A stretch of DNA of 64,000 bases from Lytechinus pictus (Eukaryota). Below are positions 13,464-26,960 of this stretch, piece after piece (the first letter of the stretch is position 1; each line of letters begins with the position of its first letter). The translations under genes and the position numbers were made by a program. The stretch spans positions 11,720,001 through 11,784,000 of the forward strand of contig NC_087245.1 of assembly GCF_037042905.1 (NCBI RefSeq). Direction: 5' to 3'. The notes below the pieces were generated by a model that made no database searches, was not told where the DNA came from, and was given only the letters and a program-made list of their open reading frames with translations.

Positions 13464-14680
13464 CCGTAAGTAACGGTGTATTAACCGCACCCGTGTATTA
13501 ACCGCACCCCACATTTTCGGATGGAAAAAAAAAAAAAAAAAAATTCATAAAAAAAAAAATTTAATCAAACTTACTTTCTATCTCTAATATGCGTATTTAA
13601 GAAAGAGTCAAGAACAAAAAAATATAGAAGAATTACTGGTAAAAAATGATGGGAAATCAGCGCTTCGTCACTTATCTGCAAGTTGCCGACATTATTGGCC
13701 ACTTCCACACTCACCTCACACACACACATATGGTACCGGTGTTCATTGCAAGTACCGATACCAGCATCAACATGGGGCTCACCCATACGAGAAGATCGTT
13801 CATATCATATTTCCTGCATCACAGCCCCACTTTTGCTTTCAGATTTCTGTCTAGCATTCAATGTCTTGACATGAATTTTAGACAAGGGAATACAGGAAGG
13901 TTCAAGATACGAGAAATTTGCAATTTTGTTCAGGTGTTTTTCTTGTCTGCTTTGAACCACTACCGGTAGTTCTCAGTACGTGTGTGGCGGTATCTTACAG
14001 ACAGCAAAATAGAAAAAAAAATGCTAGTACCGGTATACCGTATTTTCAATGGGAGCTCTGGGCGGGAATAAAGTGAATAATAATTAAAAATAAAAAGTCG
14101 GAAGGAGTGAAGATGGGGATTGAAGATTGATTTTGAGATGATGGATGATAGAGAGAAATGAAGGAAAGGCAAATGAAAGAAATTAATTGTCAAATAATAC
14201 CAATAATTTGTCAAACAAAATAACTTCCACGGAAAGGTAAAGCGCCAGCTTACGTTGACATTGCGATAAACATTACACATGCATGTCTTATTCGGCTAGC
14301 TGCACCGCGCTGTGCGATCGATTGGCGTCTGAACTTTGCCGCGATGACTAAAAAATGACAACAAAGACAGAGTCACACCATTAAAAAAAGTCAGTTTCAT
14401 GAAGGTAGGTGCGTTTGTTACCGTGATATAACTTTGAGGGACATTTACGGCAGATACCGGTAGTCATAGTTGCTTCCCTTTTAAACCCGCGGCTCATACC
14501 CCTCTAAACGGGATTGCCCCAAGCGGCTACGCTCGGCCACCCTACGCGAGTTGAAAACTGGTAGTGGTATCGGGCTGAGATTGGCTTGGCTCAGACCTGT
14601 CACCGTGTATAAACCGCACCCCCGACTTTTGATTCTGTCCCGCCGAGAAAAAGGTGCGGTTAATACACCGTTACTTACGG
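13464..14680. mobile_element. Tc2/pogo-type (Tc1-mariner superfamily) non-autonomous element
   Basis: Perfect 28-bp TIR ccgtaagtaacggtgtattaaccgcacc; TA on both flanks; internal repeats of ccgtgtat(t/a)aaccgcacc. Confidence 0.88.
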
Positions 14681-14929
14681 TATTTGTTTTATTAAACAGA
14701 TTAGGCGTATGAATTTCTATAGAAACTTGTTGAAAACCCTCAAAATTTCCACAGACCACACAGATATGGAGGCAATCATCTGCTTTGTATTATGACACCA
14801 CAGTCATGTATCCAAAATATGTCATTTGATTCAGCCTAGTGCAGTGAGTACACCTTTGTAAAATAATGTGTATTTCATGATGTCTCAATTTTGAAGGTAG
14901 GTTCATGTAACGAAAGGCGCAGCGCTGCC

Positions 14930-15370
14930 CCCTAAATGCACCGGGCTTTGCCCAAAATGCGCAATGCTGCACCCTAAGTGCTAAGGGATGCTCCCCGAAA
15001 TGCAACTGGGCTACACCCAATATACACAAAACTGCACCCGAAGTGCAAAGGGATGCACCCTAAAATGCAACTGGGCTACACCCAATATGCACAGTGCTGC
15101 ACCCTAAGCGCAAAGGGATGCTCCCCAAAATGCAACTGGGCTACACACAATGTGCACTATGCTGCACCCGAAGTGCAAAGGGATGCTCCCCAAAATGCAA
15201 CTGGGCTACACACAATGTGCACTATGCTGCACCCGAAGTGCAAAGGGATGCACCCTAAAATGCAACTGGGCTACACGCAATATGCTCCACCCTAAGTGCT
15301 GAGGGATGCACCCTGAAGAATGCAACTGGCTACATTAAAATTGCACAGTGCAGAAGGATGCACCCAAAAT
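14930..15370. repeat. 65-bp tandem minisatellite (~6 copies)
   Basis: Unit gctgcaccc(t/g)aagtgcaaagggatgc...aaaatgcaactgggctacac starts at 14966, 15031, 15096, 15161 and 15226. Confidence 0.9.
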
Positions 15371-16972
15371 GTACAGCTATACGGTTGCATATGATTAGAG
15401 CATCAACATCAGACTTGCATACACATTTACTATCGTCTACATGTTTGTACCTGTCTGTTTGCTACTGGAGATTATTCACTAAGGGCTGAAATCAATATCA
15501 TTTATATTGGCACTTTGCCTCAAGATCTGCCTGCATTTATACCGGGATTTGAGGCAGCTGTGGAGTTGATGGGAGATACTGGTCAGTATACAGTAGTGTA
15601 CCACCACCTTGCATCAATGTTTCATCAAAATAAACCACCGATTGCTAGTTATGAGTTCTGATGCTGCCTTGCAGACACTACGGATATCTAGCAGCAACAC
15701 AGCATTAAACCAAGACATGTGGGTTTGTTTACTAGCTTGTGAACCAGTTTAAGAAATACATGAGAGCAAACAACCGACTACGCCCCTCATCAAAGTCCAA
15801 ATCATTCCTAAAATTCCTCATATGGAATGCTTTGGGGGCGACTGTCTTTTCTAAAGTTGCCTCATGATCTGCTACAAACTTTATTCAAGAACATTCAGAA
15901 AATCGACATTCTACATGCTGCAAAGTGATGACATTTGCATTGTTGCATAATTGCTTATTGTGTTAAAAAGCAATAGCCCTTAGAAAATAAAGATTATATC
16001 CGACTCTATTGTGAAATGAGTTATTGATCTTTGAACTCATTATTCTATTGAATTTGATGCAGGTTTTATGAGGGATTGTGACTCTGCAACAGTCTCATAG
16101 CAAATTAGAAATCTAATATAATTGCAATATTAGGGTCAATATCATTTCTAAGACTGATATCACTAAGAACTGATTCACTACCATAATAATGTTTTCCTTT
16201 TAATTTAGCGAAAAAATCAAACGATAAGTACAAAACTGAACTAGTTGTAAAATCAATCAATAATGCACAGCTGAAATGACTCGAATATGCAATCCAACCT
16301 TTGGTTAGGTGTCTGAAATTTGAGAACATTGATTGGAGGGAGTGAGTATGTCTATAGATATTCATATACACGGATGAATCAGTGAGATGGATTTGATATT
16401 AGGCTTGGGAAAATATCCCAGATATTGCTCTTGGGAATTATGAAATTCTCAGTTAGTGAATCACCCCCAGATTGCAGCACCCCCATAATACACACAAATA
16501 AAAATATACCCCCTTGATTTATGTATATATGCGAATTATTAAGGTAATTATGTTTCACAGTTGTAGTAGCTCCAATGTACAAAACTGCATCTGTGTGAAT
16601 TAGGATAGAATTATAATAAAGTGGAGAAAGAAAGATATATAAAGGAAACGAGGGTGATAGACAAAGGATATACATATGTTGAAGGACATAATCAGAAGTG
16701 ACAGAGTGAAATAACTAGCTTTGAAAAATAGCCATAAATAATTATAAATTAATTATATTTGTAGGAACAGGCAGATGGCAATTTACCATTGTTGTATCTA
16801 TAATCAATATACTTTCTTATCATATGTTATACATTTTTCTTAATCAATATGATATTGATATTTTATCTTTATTTGTATTAAGTGCAAAGAAAACATTTTC
16901 AGCTTATTACTTCACAAAAAGGATATACCATTCACATGCAGGTGATTTTTTTTTCTTCACCATTATGAACAG

Positions 16973-17078
16973 GTTCTTCATGACTGGCTATCTCCCTCTT
17001 GGGTTTGAGTTTGCTGCTGAACTTACTTTCCCGGAACCTGAAGGTACCTCCTCTGGGTTGTTGAATGCATCTGCTCAG
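16973..17078 (+). CDS. FLVCR: FLVCR-family exon (106 bp)
   Basis: gaacag|...|gtaagt. [35 protein letters not shown], the highly conserved FLVCR signature. Confidence 0.96.
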
Positions 17079-17490
17079 GTAAGTAGATTCATGCAAGTTT
17101 CTCATTGAAGATTTCTCACTGCAGATTTTTAATCTAGTCCTCTACAATATCAGGTGCTCATTTTTATGAAAAGACATGTCATACAGGTGTCACAATACTA
17201 TACCATGGATGATTTGTTTGTTCTAGATCATTAGACTTATCAAATAGAGGTTTAGGGTATGTTTTCATTGGAGAGTTGTAAGAGTGATACCACTGATCTT
17301 ATTTGCAGTGCCAATGCGAGGATCTCCATAGCATAAGTGTTCTCGACATTCAATGCCTAAATTTTTTTAATGTTTGTCCAGTTTTACCAGCCAATCATAT
17401 GCTCTTCAGTTACATTGATAGATTTAGCCAAGTGGAAGATTAACTAGGCCATTCACTATTTCTTGTGATTTTTTTCTTATATCTATTTAG

Positions 17491-17602
17491 ACCTTTGGTA
17501 TCATCTTCACATTAGTGATGGGAGTACTGGTGAATGAAATCAATTCGTTGTCCGGCAATTTATTCCTGTGTGTATCCTTACTGGTTGGAACTATAGTGAC
17601 AG
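17491..17602 (+). CDS. FLVCR: FLVCR-family exon (112 bp)
   Basis: atttag|...|gtaggt. TFGIIFTLVMGVLVNEINSLSGNLFLCVSLLVGTIVT, the last two predicted TM helices. Confidence 0.92.
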
Positions 17603-17616
17603 GTAGGTCAAAATTA

Positions 17617-18032
17617 CCATCATTTGCAAAAGTTTAAGACCACCTGATAATTTGTGTGTATAGCACATATATATAATTGTATACTGTAATGGTTTCATTG
17701 AAACTGGCCTATATATTATTTATTAGAGTTGATTCCATGTTAAATTTGAATGGTTAAAGGTAAAGTAATTTAAAGAAATTGTCCAATAGCTTGACTAATA
17801 CTTACGTTTGAAAAAATATTTTGTAGTGAAAATGCTTTTGAAAAGGAAAAAAGATTAGTCAAGCTATTTGACAACTTTGAACTAATTCCTCTTTAACCAT
17901 TCACATCAAACTCAGAATCGACACAAATTATAATTGGCCAGTTTTTAATGAAACTGTTACAGTTGATTATAAGTATTACATGTACTATATATACACAACA
18001 CACAGGTGGTCTTAAACTTATGCAAATTATGG
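17617..18032. mobile_element. Tc1/mariner-type MITE, nearly palindromic
   Basis: TIR ccatcatttgcaaaagtttaagaccacctg/caggtggtcttaaacttatgcaaattatgg; TA flanks; inverted similarity extends inward. Confidence 0.82.
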
Positions 18033-19934
18033 TATATGGTGCTTTCTAATTACCCTTATTTGCCAAAGTTATGTGGTTACAGCAAATATTGATGTCATGA
18101 GTAGGTCTTTTTAATCAATGTTATTATTTACCATATCATCATTGGTCTAGATCTGGTACATATGAACCTAAATTTGTAAAATCATGAAAACTAAGCTGAA
18201 AAAAAAATCACCTACACAGGAAAGCACATGTGGGACAATGTATTTTTTATTTCTTGGAAAAAGACCAGACACCTGGTCAAAATGCCTTGGTATTTCACTG
18301 TATTTTAGCAATGGATTCATTTTCATGAATTTTGCACACAAAAATATTGACACATCTATGTCCCCAACAGCAATGATTAGCTTCTTAAAACATGCCGTGT
18401 AATCAAGTCCCTGGGTTACCGCGTAGATGTACAAAACATAAGGTTGGAAATAGTCTTAGGCATTCATAAAGTTAGCTAGAATTTTACCTTATTATTTTTT
18501 TTTAAAGTTCAGAGCTTAACTTCTAAATTTATATTAATTTCCTATCATGTTAATATCAATAGTCATTCACTTACTTTGACATTCCAATGTATTTTTCATG
18601 AAATTTGATTACCTATTTCATTTATTGTATTGACTCTAGTTATATGTAAAGGTATTTGAATACTCATTAAATTTACATGAGTCACCTGACCAGGGTTTAT
18701 AAAATGTAAAATCACTTCTCTAAATTTTACATTTTTTAACTTGAACCAAGTTTTTTAAAAAAGAATCAGGCAAAACACAACTTACCTGAGATCGCTTTTA
18801 CAGATCAAACTATGACGTGATTAATTTTTATAGCTAAAACTGCAAAAAGTGAAGATTTAAGCCAATGTTTTCACACTTATCAACCCATATTTTCATGGAC
18901 AATTTATGTACTAGATACATGTCAGCCAAGGAGCATTAATGAGCACATTCCTGCACAAATATTGGATGGCTCAGAATGGAATACCAGAGATATTCCAAGA
19001 TTTGGGCCAATTCCACAATATTCCACAATCGCAGATGAGTGGAATATTTCTGGTATTCCATGAAATAAAGCCATCCAATACAATTATTATTATTATGATA
19101 AGAATCAGTATTCTTGTGGATGCCCTGACTTTCGTCATCAATATTGTCATCAATGTTGTCTGTTTTCTTGAGCACGTACAAGGAATACACCTGTTAAATG
19201 CAAAAGATATAACATTTATGACAGGTTCTAGTAGTCATAACTTTGTCATTTCATTTAACACCATAATATTCAATACCATGCTTACTGTATGTCAAACACA
19301 CAATGATAGGATAAAAATAATACTGTATTAGTTTCCCTCGTCCATAACCATTTTCAAAAGGATTTTTTTTCATGTTACGAGAAGTGAGGCCCTACATGAT
19401 AATTCCTTTTTTTCTCTCTATCTTTCCTATTTTTTTCTATCTCTCTTAGAACTAAATTTCCTTCTCAGCTCTCTGTCTTTCTTGTAATCAAGCACATTAA
19501 TATGCGCAATGCCAGCTAGTGTATTGAGGATATACGCCCCCACATGTCCTTGGCCTTCATATTGGTTAGAAATGCATTCACTCAGAACTAATGGTGATTG
19601 TGATTGGTATGTCTGTAAAAAGATGGGCAGGTATGTAGAGAGATAAGACAGAGAACAGACAATGTTCAGAATGCCAAATTGTTACAATAATAGGAGTCTC
19701 TCATCTCTGAGAGAAATGACAAAATTTATATAAAAAGAAATGACAATTTTCCAGAATACCACCCAAGGACTTCTGTTTTTCTTCAATGTTCCTTTAGCAA
19801 TTGCTGGTTATGTTTTGATTGCTAAAAGAACATAAAGTCAGTGCTGGAGAGAGGGTTCATTCTAAGTCAGATTAAACAAAATTTGGGAAATATTCATATT
19901 CTTTTCCTTTTCATGTTTTGCTTTTGTTATTCAG

Positions 19935-19981
19935 CATTTATCAAGTCAGACCTGAGGAGACAGACGGCTGAAAAACAAGAG
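19935..19981 (+). CDS. FLVCR: FLVCR-family exon (47 bp)
   Basis: attcag|...|gtatga. (A)FIKSDLRRQTAEKQE, containing the conserved IKSDLRR motif. Confidence 0.9.
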
Positions 19982-20053
19982 GTATGAATGTTATGCATGT
20001 CAGTTCTTTACCAGGGCCTGGGCCTTTCTAAGAAGTTCAAATATATGCCAATT

Positions 20054-20455
20054 TGATGGATTCAAAATACAGTGCGCCACCTATCGGTTGCAGCGGATAG
20101 GCCAAAATTCACAATGTTTCATGGGAAAAAGTCAACATCTGTTGTGCGCACTAGTGCATGCATGCGATTATGCTGCCCTGGCCGACGCGGCTCGGCTGGC
20201 TTGCATAAAATTATGCTGTTTACCAGGGTCGCAGAGGTGGGAGAGAAATTTGCTGCATATTTCTTTGCGTAATTTATACCGTTTTCGGTGAATTCTTCCT
20301 CTGCTTTTGCCATATGGTTTTCAGTTTTGAAGCATCACAGTCACATTACAGTATACTATCACTGAGCGCTGCCTGCGCCTGTGTGCGATGCCTAGGTCAG
20401 AAATTGGCCTGTCCACTGCAACCGATAAGTGGTGCACTGTATCGTGAATCCACCA
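20054..20455. mobile_element. Sola1-like MITE
   Basis: ~55-bp imperfect TIR (tgatggattcaaaatacagtgcgccacctatcggttgcag); 4-bp TSD aatt at 20050-20053 and 20456-20459. Confidence 0.75.
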
Positions 20456-21067
20456 AATTCTTTGTCTAGATTGTAGATACTTTGCTACAAATTAATGGTG
20501 ATATTGAATTGATGTTCTGTGTATTTTATTACTTGAATTTCTTGTGTATTTCTGTGTTTTCCTGACTTGTGTTTTTCATTTTAATTTTTATGAATTTTAT
20601 GTTTACACTTTGCCAACACAAAGAGCAGGCATTTAATTAATTTTGATTAGTGATAGCAAACGCATATGAGAACCAGATTCAAAGAAAAATCACACATCTG
20701 TGAATTGAGGTTCACATTTTGTCTTGAAATTGACACAAAATTATGTTTTTGAGCCTTTTTTCTGTCTCACATACAGGAATAATTATTGCACAAAACCTCA
20801 GAATTGCATACAAGGGCATTACAAACTTTGTCTCAAGAGTTGTGCAAAATTTGAAGAAAAGTAATGAAAATTCACTACAAATTCACAATTCGAACTTCTC
20901 ACACAAAGCATCAAGGATGAAAGGGGGGTGGATTATGAATGCAGTGTCTTACATTTTACACTGATTTCCAGATCCCATTATTTATCAATGTATCCTTATC
21001 TTTGGGCACAGTATCTACAGAACTAAATGTTATCATAGTTTGTGTTGTCCATTTCAATCCCTTGCAG

Positions 21068-21202
21068 TTTGAAGAGGTGGAGGAGGAATCAGATAATAAA
21101 GAGAGTTCTGCTTTTCGACCCAATCGTATCAGCAGCGTGAGATTTGAAGGAATGGATGATGAGGATGATGCTGTAGTAACAAAAGACACAACTAGAGATT
21201 AA
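21068..21202 (+). CDS. FLVCR: FLVCR-family probable terminal coding exon (acidic tail)
   Basis: ttgcag| acceptor, phase 0 as required. FEEVEEESDNKESSAFRPNRISSVRFEGMDDEDDAVVTKDTTRD* ending TAA. Not recognisably conserved, so less certain. Confidence 0.75.
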   Translation, partial: FEEVEEESDNKESSAFRPNRISSVRFEGMDDEDDAVVTKDTTRD

Positions 21203-21334
21203 CCTAACATGGTTAGGTTTTATCCCAATTTTTGAATGATTTTATCATTTGAATATTTTTCAAATCATGCAGTTTAAGTTGTTGATAAAATAATAATTTT
21301 CCAAAGAGTGAGAAAGTGGAAATACCGGTATACA

Positions 21335-22585
21335 CAAGTGGAAAGTACCAATTTACTACAATGGTATGTTCCATTGTCCCCTGATGTAGAGTGCAAGTAT
21401 ACTCCAATGGAAAGTGCTTGCATACCCCAATGTAAAATGCTAGTATATGCTATTGGAAAGTGATAGTATGCTATAATTGAAAGTGATAGTATACTCCAAT
21501 GGAAAGTTCTAATGTACTTCAATGGAAAGTGATAGTATACTCCAATGGAAAGTTCTAATGTACTTCAGTGGAAAGTGATAGTAGACTTCAATGAAAAGAA
21601 CTTGTTTACTTGATGGAAAGTGATAGGATACCCCCATGGAAAGTGCTCACATACCCCAGTAGAAAGTGCTTGTATATCCCATTAGAAAATACTAGCTTAC
21701 ACCATTGGAAAGTGCGAGTATACTTCAATGGAAAGTGCTAGTGTACTCCAATGGACATTGCTGGTATTCCTCATTTGAATGGCTAGTATACCCTTAATGG
21801 AATGTGCTAGTTTAATTCAAAGGAAATTGCTGGTATACTCCAATGGAAAGTGCTAGTATATTCCAGTGGAAAGTGCTGGTACACTGCAATGGAAAGTGTT
21901 AGTATACTTCAATGGAAATGGCTGGTATACCCTTGATAGAGTGTGCTTGTATAATCCAATAGGAATTGCTAGTATACTCCAATTGAAAGTGCTAGCATAC
22001 TCTAAAGGAAAGCGATAATATACTCAAATGGAAGGTGCTAGTAAACCCCAATGGAAAGTGATAGTATACTCAAATAGAAGTGCTATTATACCTCAATGAA
22101 AAGTGGTAGTGTAATCCAATGGAAAGTCATAGTATACTCTGATGGAGAGTGATAGTATACTCCAATAGAAGTGCTAGTACACCCCAATGGAAAGTGATAG
22201 TTTACTCCGATGGAAAGTGATAGTATACTCCAATATAAAGTGTTTGTATACCCCAGTGGATAATACTTGCATACACCAATGGAAAGTTCTAGCATACTTT
22301 AATGGAAAGTGATATTTTCCAATGGAAAGTGGTAGTGTACTCCAATGGAAAGTGTTAGTGTTCTTCAATGGAAGGTGATAAATTCTAGTATACCCCAAAA
22401 CAAAGTGCTAGTATACAATTGAAAGTGCTGGTATACTCAGATGGCAACTACTAGTATACTTCAATGACACATACCACCATGGTTTGTGAAAGTATAGGTC
22501 GATGGAAAGTGATAGTATAATCCAGTGGAAAGTACAAGTGTACTCCAACGGAAAGTGCTAGTGTCCTCCAGCGGAGAGTGATAAT
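21335..22585. repeat. 23-bp degenerate minisatellite (~50 units) just after the FLVCR stop codon
   Basis: Consensus aatggaaagtg(a/c)tagtatactcc repeated head-to-tail without spacers. Confidence 0.92.
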
Positions 22586-22905
22586 TAACCTCCCTTTCAA
22601 AAAGATGATTGAAGTTGTAATAGATTTAATCTAAGCTAAAAACAAGATTAAATCTAAGCTAAAAACAAGATTAAAAATCATTAACACATATATGTAGGAT
22701 AGTTTCGGACACTTCATTATGATTTTTTTTTTAGGAGTGTTGAAAAAAACATTGATTTTTTATTATAAATAAGTTAGTTTTATGTTATTTCACTGCTTTT
22801 ATTTTGTATTCATATGAATGACTATATTCATAATTTTTGTTATATAATTTATCTTGTCATTCTAGGGTTGCCCCATGTAAACAAATTTTGAAACTAGTTG
22901 TTATA

Positions 22906-23480
22906 TTGTGTGAGTAAAAAAAAAAACTTGACACCTCACAAATCCCGAATTTTAGGAAAAAACTTGTCATGAACACATAATCATTAAATATGGGCAGAAA
23001 AAGTATCTTCTCCCAAATAATTTGATACCATATTTATATTGTGTTTTCACGCTTGGGAAATCTGTAGGTATTTGTTGCAATGATGTAAATTTTGATTTGC
23101 ATTAAAGTAAGGCATGACTTCAATGAATGAATCCAGATGTCAATGATTTCATAATCATACAAGGGTTGCATTAGAATCCATTACAAAACACCTATGAATA
23201 ATTAACATTAGAATTGTATAATTAACACTTTTTAGTATAAATTCTTAAGTTAATTTCATTGAAAAGGGATTTGCAAATATGTCTACTAACTCATGTAGGA
23301 TTATACCATCATTGGAATGGAGACGCATTCGATGCAGCCATGCCTTACTTTGGCACAACTCGAACTTTAAATCACAGTAAAAAATATCTCCTCATTATCC
23401 AAGCATTAACACATACCACATAAATATGGTATCAATTTGTTTGGGAGAAGATATTCTTTCAGGCCATATATAAAAATTAT
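22906..23480. mobile_element. Decayed palindromic MITE (Tc1/mariner-like)
   Basis: Inverted match tatcttctcccaaataatttgataccatattta (~23003) with taaatatggtatcaatttgtttgggagaagata (~23420); ends approximate. Confidence 0.5.
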
Positions 23481-23963
23481 ATGTTCATAACATATTTTTC
23501 CTTCAATTGGAGGTTTGTATCGCACAGTATATATATATTATGTTTTATTAATGAAAATATCACTGAAATACTATTAAATAGCTTATAGGCAGTTGGTAAC
23601 CTTGCCCAGGTTACAAAATAAAAATTATATATCCATCTAGTGTTTTTATCATAATGGAAAACCTTAAGCTGACCTGAGCATGAGCTTAACAAACCAAGAC
23701 CCATATTCTGACGTCTGGTTTAACTTCGGCCATGGTCTAACTCTTTTTTTTTTTTAATTATGGAAAGTCAAAAATTTCAAAATTGCTTTTAGATGACATG
23801 TTTCCTATCTTATCCTGGCTCTTTCTTTATATTTTAATGATGAAGAGAACTATCCCAGTAATTATTTTCAGTCAGGTATGAATAATTTGAGTGTCAAATG
23901 AGCTTGAAAATTGAACTTATAGACTTTTAGAGTTACCTGTCACATTTGGCTATTCATAGTTAA

Positions 23964-24699
23964 CCCTATCTAGGCCGAGGTATTTTGGGAGTTCATATGG
24001 CCGGGGGGGGGGGGGGGGGGGGCCTCCCAGGCCCCCCCTTGAGATCTCGGCCGTCGACCGCGCCGAAAATCGGCACGTGGGTTGTCTGGGACATAATCTA
24101 CAAAATTGTATAGTAATTTATTTAATGCGAATTGCTATTAAGTGATTATGCTAATTTATGTGTAATTAGTATGCGAAATCATACTTTTTCCTATAACTCC
24201 CTAAATAAAGCTCCAAATGTTCTAATTTTTGGTATAGAAACTCTTTGTGGTGTCCTTAGCAAGTGTAAATGAACAAAATTGCGATATCAAATCATTTTCT
24301 TATGTATTTCATAGTTTTTTTACCTTTTGTTTTTCATTGTTTTTTCAATGAAATTTGTTGGGGACTCTTCTGATATCATAAAAAGCATAAAATAAATACA
24401 TTTAGACTAGCAAAACTAAAAATAATCATACATTTATGATTTTGGGTTGAAAACACAATTTCCATTGACTTTGTACACAAAATCACGTTTTTGAGCAATT
24501 TTTGGTCTGACATGCACTTACATAATGTTGCGTAATTTCGAAACCACGTACCCGGGTGACGCAAAATTGGTCTCAAAAGTTGCGCAAGAATTTAAAGTAA
24601 AAAGTCAGCGAGCGGCGCAGTCAAAAAATTTCACGCGGCGAAAATATTGCACAAATCGTTGAGGAGGGGCCTTGGAGGCCCCCCCCGGCCTAGATAAGG
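23964..24699. mobile_element. piggyBac-type MITE
   Basis: ttaa|ccctatctaggccg...cggcctagataagg|tcaa, consistent with a TTAA target with one mutation; splits an older repeat. Confidence 0.75.
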
Positions 24700-26389
24700 T
24701 CAAACCACAATTTTAGATCAGAGTTTGAATTAAACCCCAGTAAAGGGCCATTCATAAATCAAGATAGTTTCATTAGCGAATTCATGTCTTAATTGCGTAA
24801 CACTAACATTATTTTTTTGTGTATACATAGCTCTCCGTGTGGTGTACACTGCTGAGCACTCTCATGCATTGTTTAGAATGAAGCTAGATGGTGTTTCATA
24901 ATACTGTTTTTAAAGTTACACATGACTTCTGATTGGAACAAATTTTCCATTACTATACCCACGCCTCACTGATATGTATCTATTTTTGAAAGAATTTATT
25001 TCATACATATAGCAGTCTTGCCATTCTCTCACTGTTTATTGTAATTGTTTGACACTATGCACTTAGCAAACAAAATAATCATTGAATTATATTTATTACA
25101 AAAATGCTTGGTCATGGAATGGCGCTATTCAAAGTTTGATATATGTGTATTTTCATATGTTTGTTGTTCGTTATTTGTAGTGATACACTTGCTTCTTTCG
25201 TTTTTTTACACAAAAAGTGTGTTGTCATTGATATATATTTTATTGAAAAATTATTTTAATCTAGTAATAAGTCTTTTAAATCCCCAAAACTATTTGTGTG
25301 AAAATGTATGTGTGTTCAGTGTTCACAAAATTGTATTAGTAATATGAATAATAGAAGCCCCCCCCAAAAAAAAAAAAAAAAAAAAGTTAGGAAACCATTG
25401 AACATGATCACCAAGATGCTTTGAAGTGTTTCTTTGTAGTGCTTTAGATTCTTTTATATGAGAGGGAAGGTAATCAGCGTGAATACAAAGTTGATCGTGA
25501 AACGATTGTAGGACTAAAAAAATTGATTGGCCAGTAAATTAATTTATATGCTGAATGAAACAAAAATTATAGAATATAACTGCTTTGGTTTATGCATGGG
25601 AGTGTAATAGAGAGAGAGAGAGAGAGAGAGTGGGTGTGGATACGTTATCTTGTAAATATATAGAAGTCTATTTGTGATAGTAAACAATGTATGTGGGTAG
25701 AAATAGTGTATCAATATAGAATATAAATACATACAAATATTTATATAAATATATATTTGAATATATATAAAACATTTTTAAATGCAGATGTGACTCGATA
25801 ATTGTATGTACTTGCAACAGTATTTAAGGGCCCCAAAAGGTTTTTAAAGAGTTCTGATCCATTCAAATTGATCACGACTGAAAGAATTTCTCTTCTGATC
25901 AGTCTGAGTTTGCAATTGATTTGAATCGGTCACAGCTCTTTGTAAGAGTGGGCCTGGGGCCTACCTTCAGGGATGTAAAGATTGATTTTAATAACATCTA
26001 TTCTTTGGAATTATGTAGCTCCAGTGGTTTCTAATGTGATGCTTCTAAAAAATGCAATGTAATTTGTTCATGTAACAAAATTTATCTTGTGGCTAGAGAG
26101 AATCTGCATGTGGCACCTTGGTTAAAAATTATGTTTCAATAACTAATGATTTTTGTGCCTTGAAGTAAACTTTACAGCTATTTGAAATGCCTTTGTCAAA
26201 TGACCTATATGTATTATTTACTTGTATGTTTTTCTGAAATCATTTAAATTATGTTACAAAGATAAGTTACTTGAGGCTGTAATACCACCATCAAATCAAG
26301 TTTGAAGGTGTATAGTTTAGCATCTGGTTCTGTCATCAGTCTGTCCAATGCTACTCTTTGAATATCATACACCTTGGGGCACATTTCCA

Positions 26390-26960
26390 AAGGTTCAAAC
26401 ATCATAAGCTAAATCAACTCTTTTATTTACTGGCCCTAAACAGGAGTTTCTTACCAAATGATATTAAAAACTCAGTATCACTCCATTCTTTCAAACAAAA
26501 TTTCAAAAAGTACCTAATAGATACCAATATAACAAATAATAGAGTTTAAAATCAAACTTATCTTCTCTTTCTTTTGTATTGTTTATGTCATTACTTATGT
26601 TATTATTCTGTATTTTTGATATGTAATGTTATATGATATCTTTATTGTCTTGATTTTCTTAACTGTAATTTTGACATTTCTGAATGACAGCCACATTTAT
26701 ATACTTTATATTGTTAAGAAATGTCTGTTTTGATTGCACTAACTGTCCATATTATGTTGGGTGCCTGATTTTTAAGACTTATTTTTGTCTTTTGGCTCCC
26801 CCACAATAATGTACATTTCTATATATAGTACATTGTATGTTTGCATTCCTTACTTGGTTCATTTTCCTTTTCATTTGTGTGGGTTTTCTATGTTGTACAT
26901 ATTTGTAATGTTTTTTTTATATACTTGTGGAAGTAAATGGTTTCATTTGATTTGATTTAA
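26390..26960 (+). mobile_element. 3' remnant of a CR1/L2-group LINE
   Basis: Encodes LPNDIKNSVSLHSFKQNFKKYL, typical of CR1/L2 ORF2 C-termini, then an AT-rich 3' UTR ending in (atttg)n. Confidence 0.6.

Noticed and set aside
14978..15295. 105-aa repetitive ORF
   Set aside because: Translation of a 65-bp tandem repeat; the unit is not a multiple of 3, so the peptide cycles through frames.
18936..19331. Overlapping ORFs in an FLVCR intron
   Set aside because: No recognisable domain, and FLVCR splices in frame without them.
21335..22585. CRISPR-like appearance of the 23-bp array
   Set aside because: Units are contiguous and degenerate, with no unique spacers and no cas genes, in a eukaryotic context.
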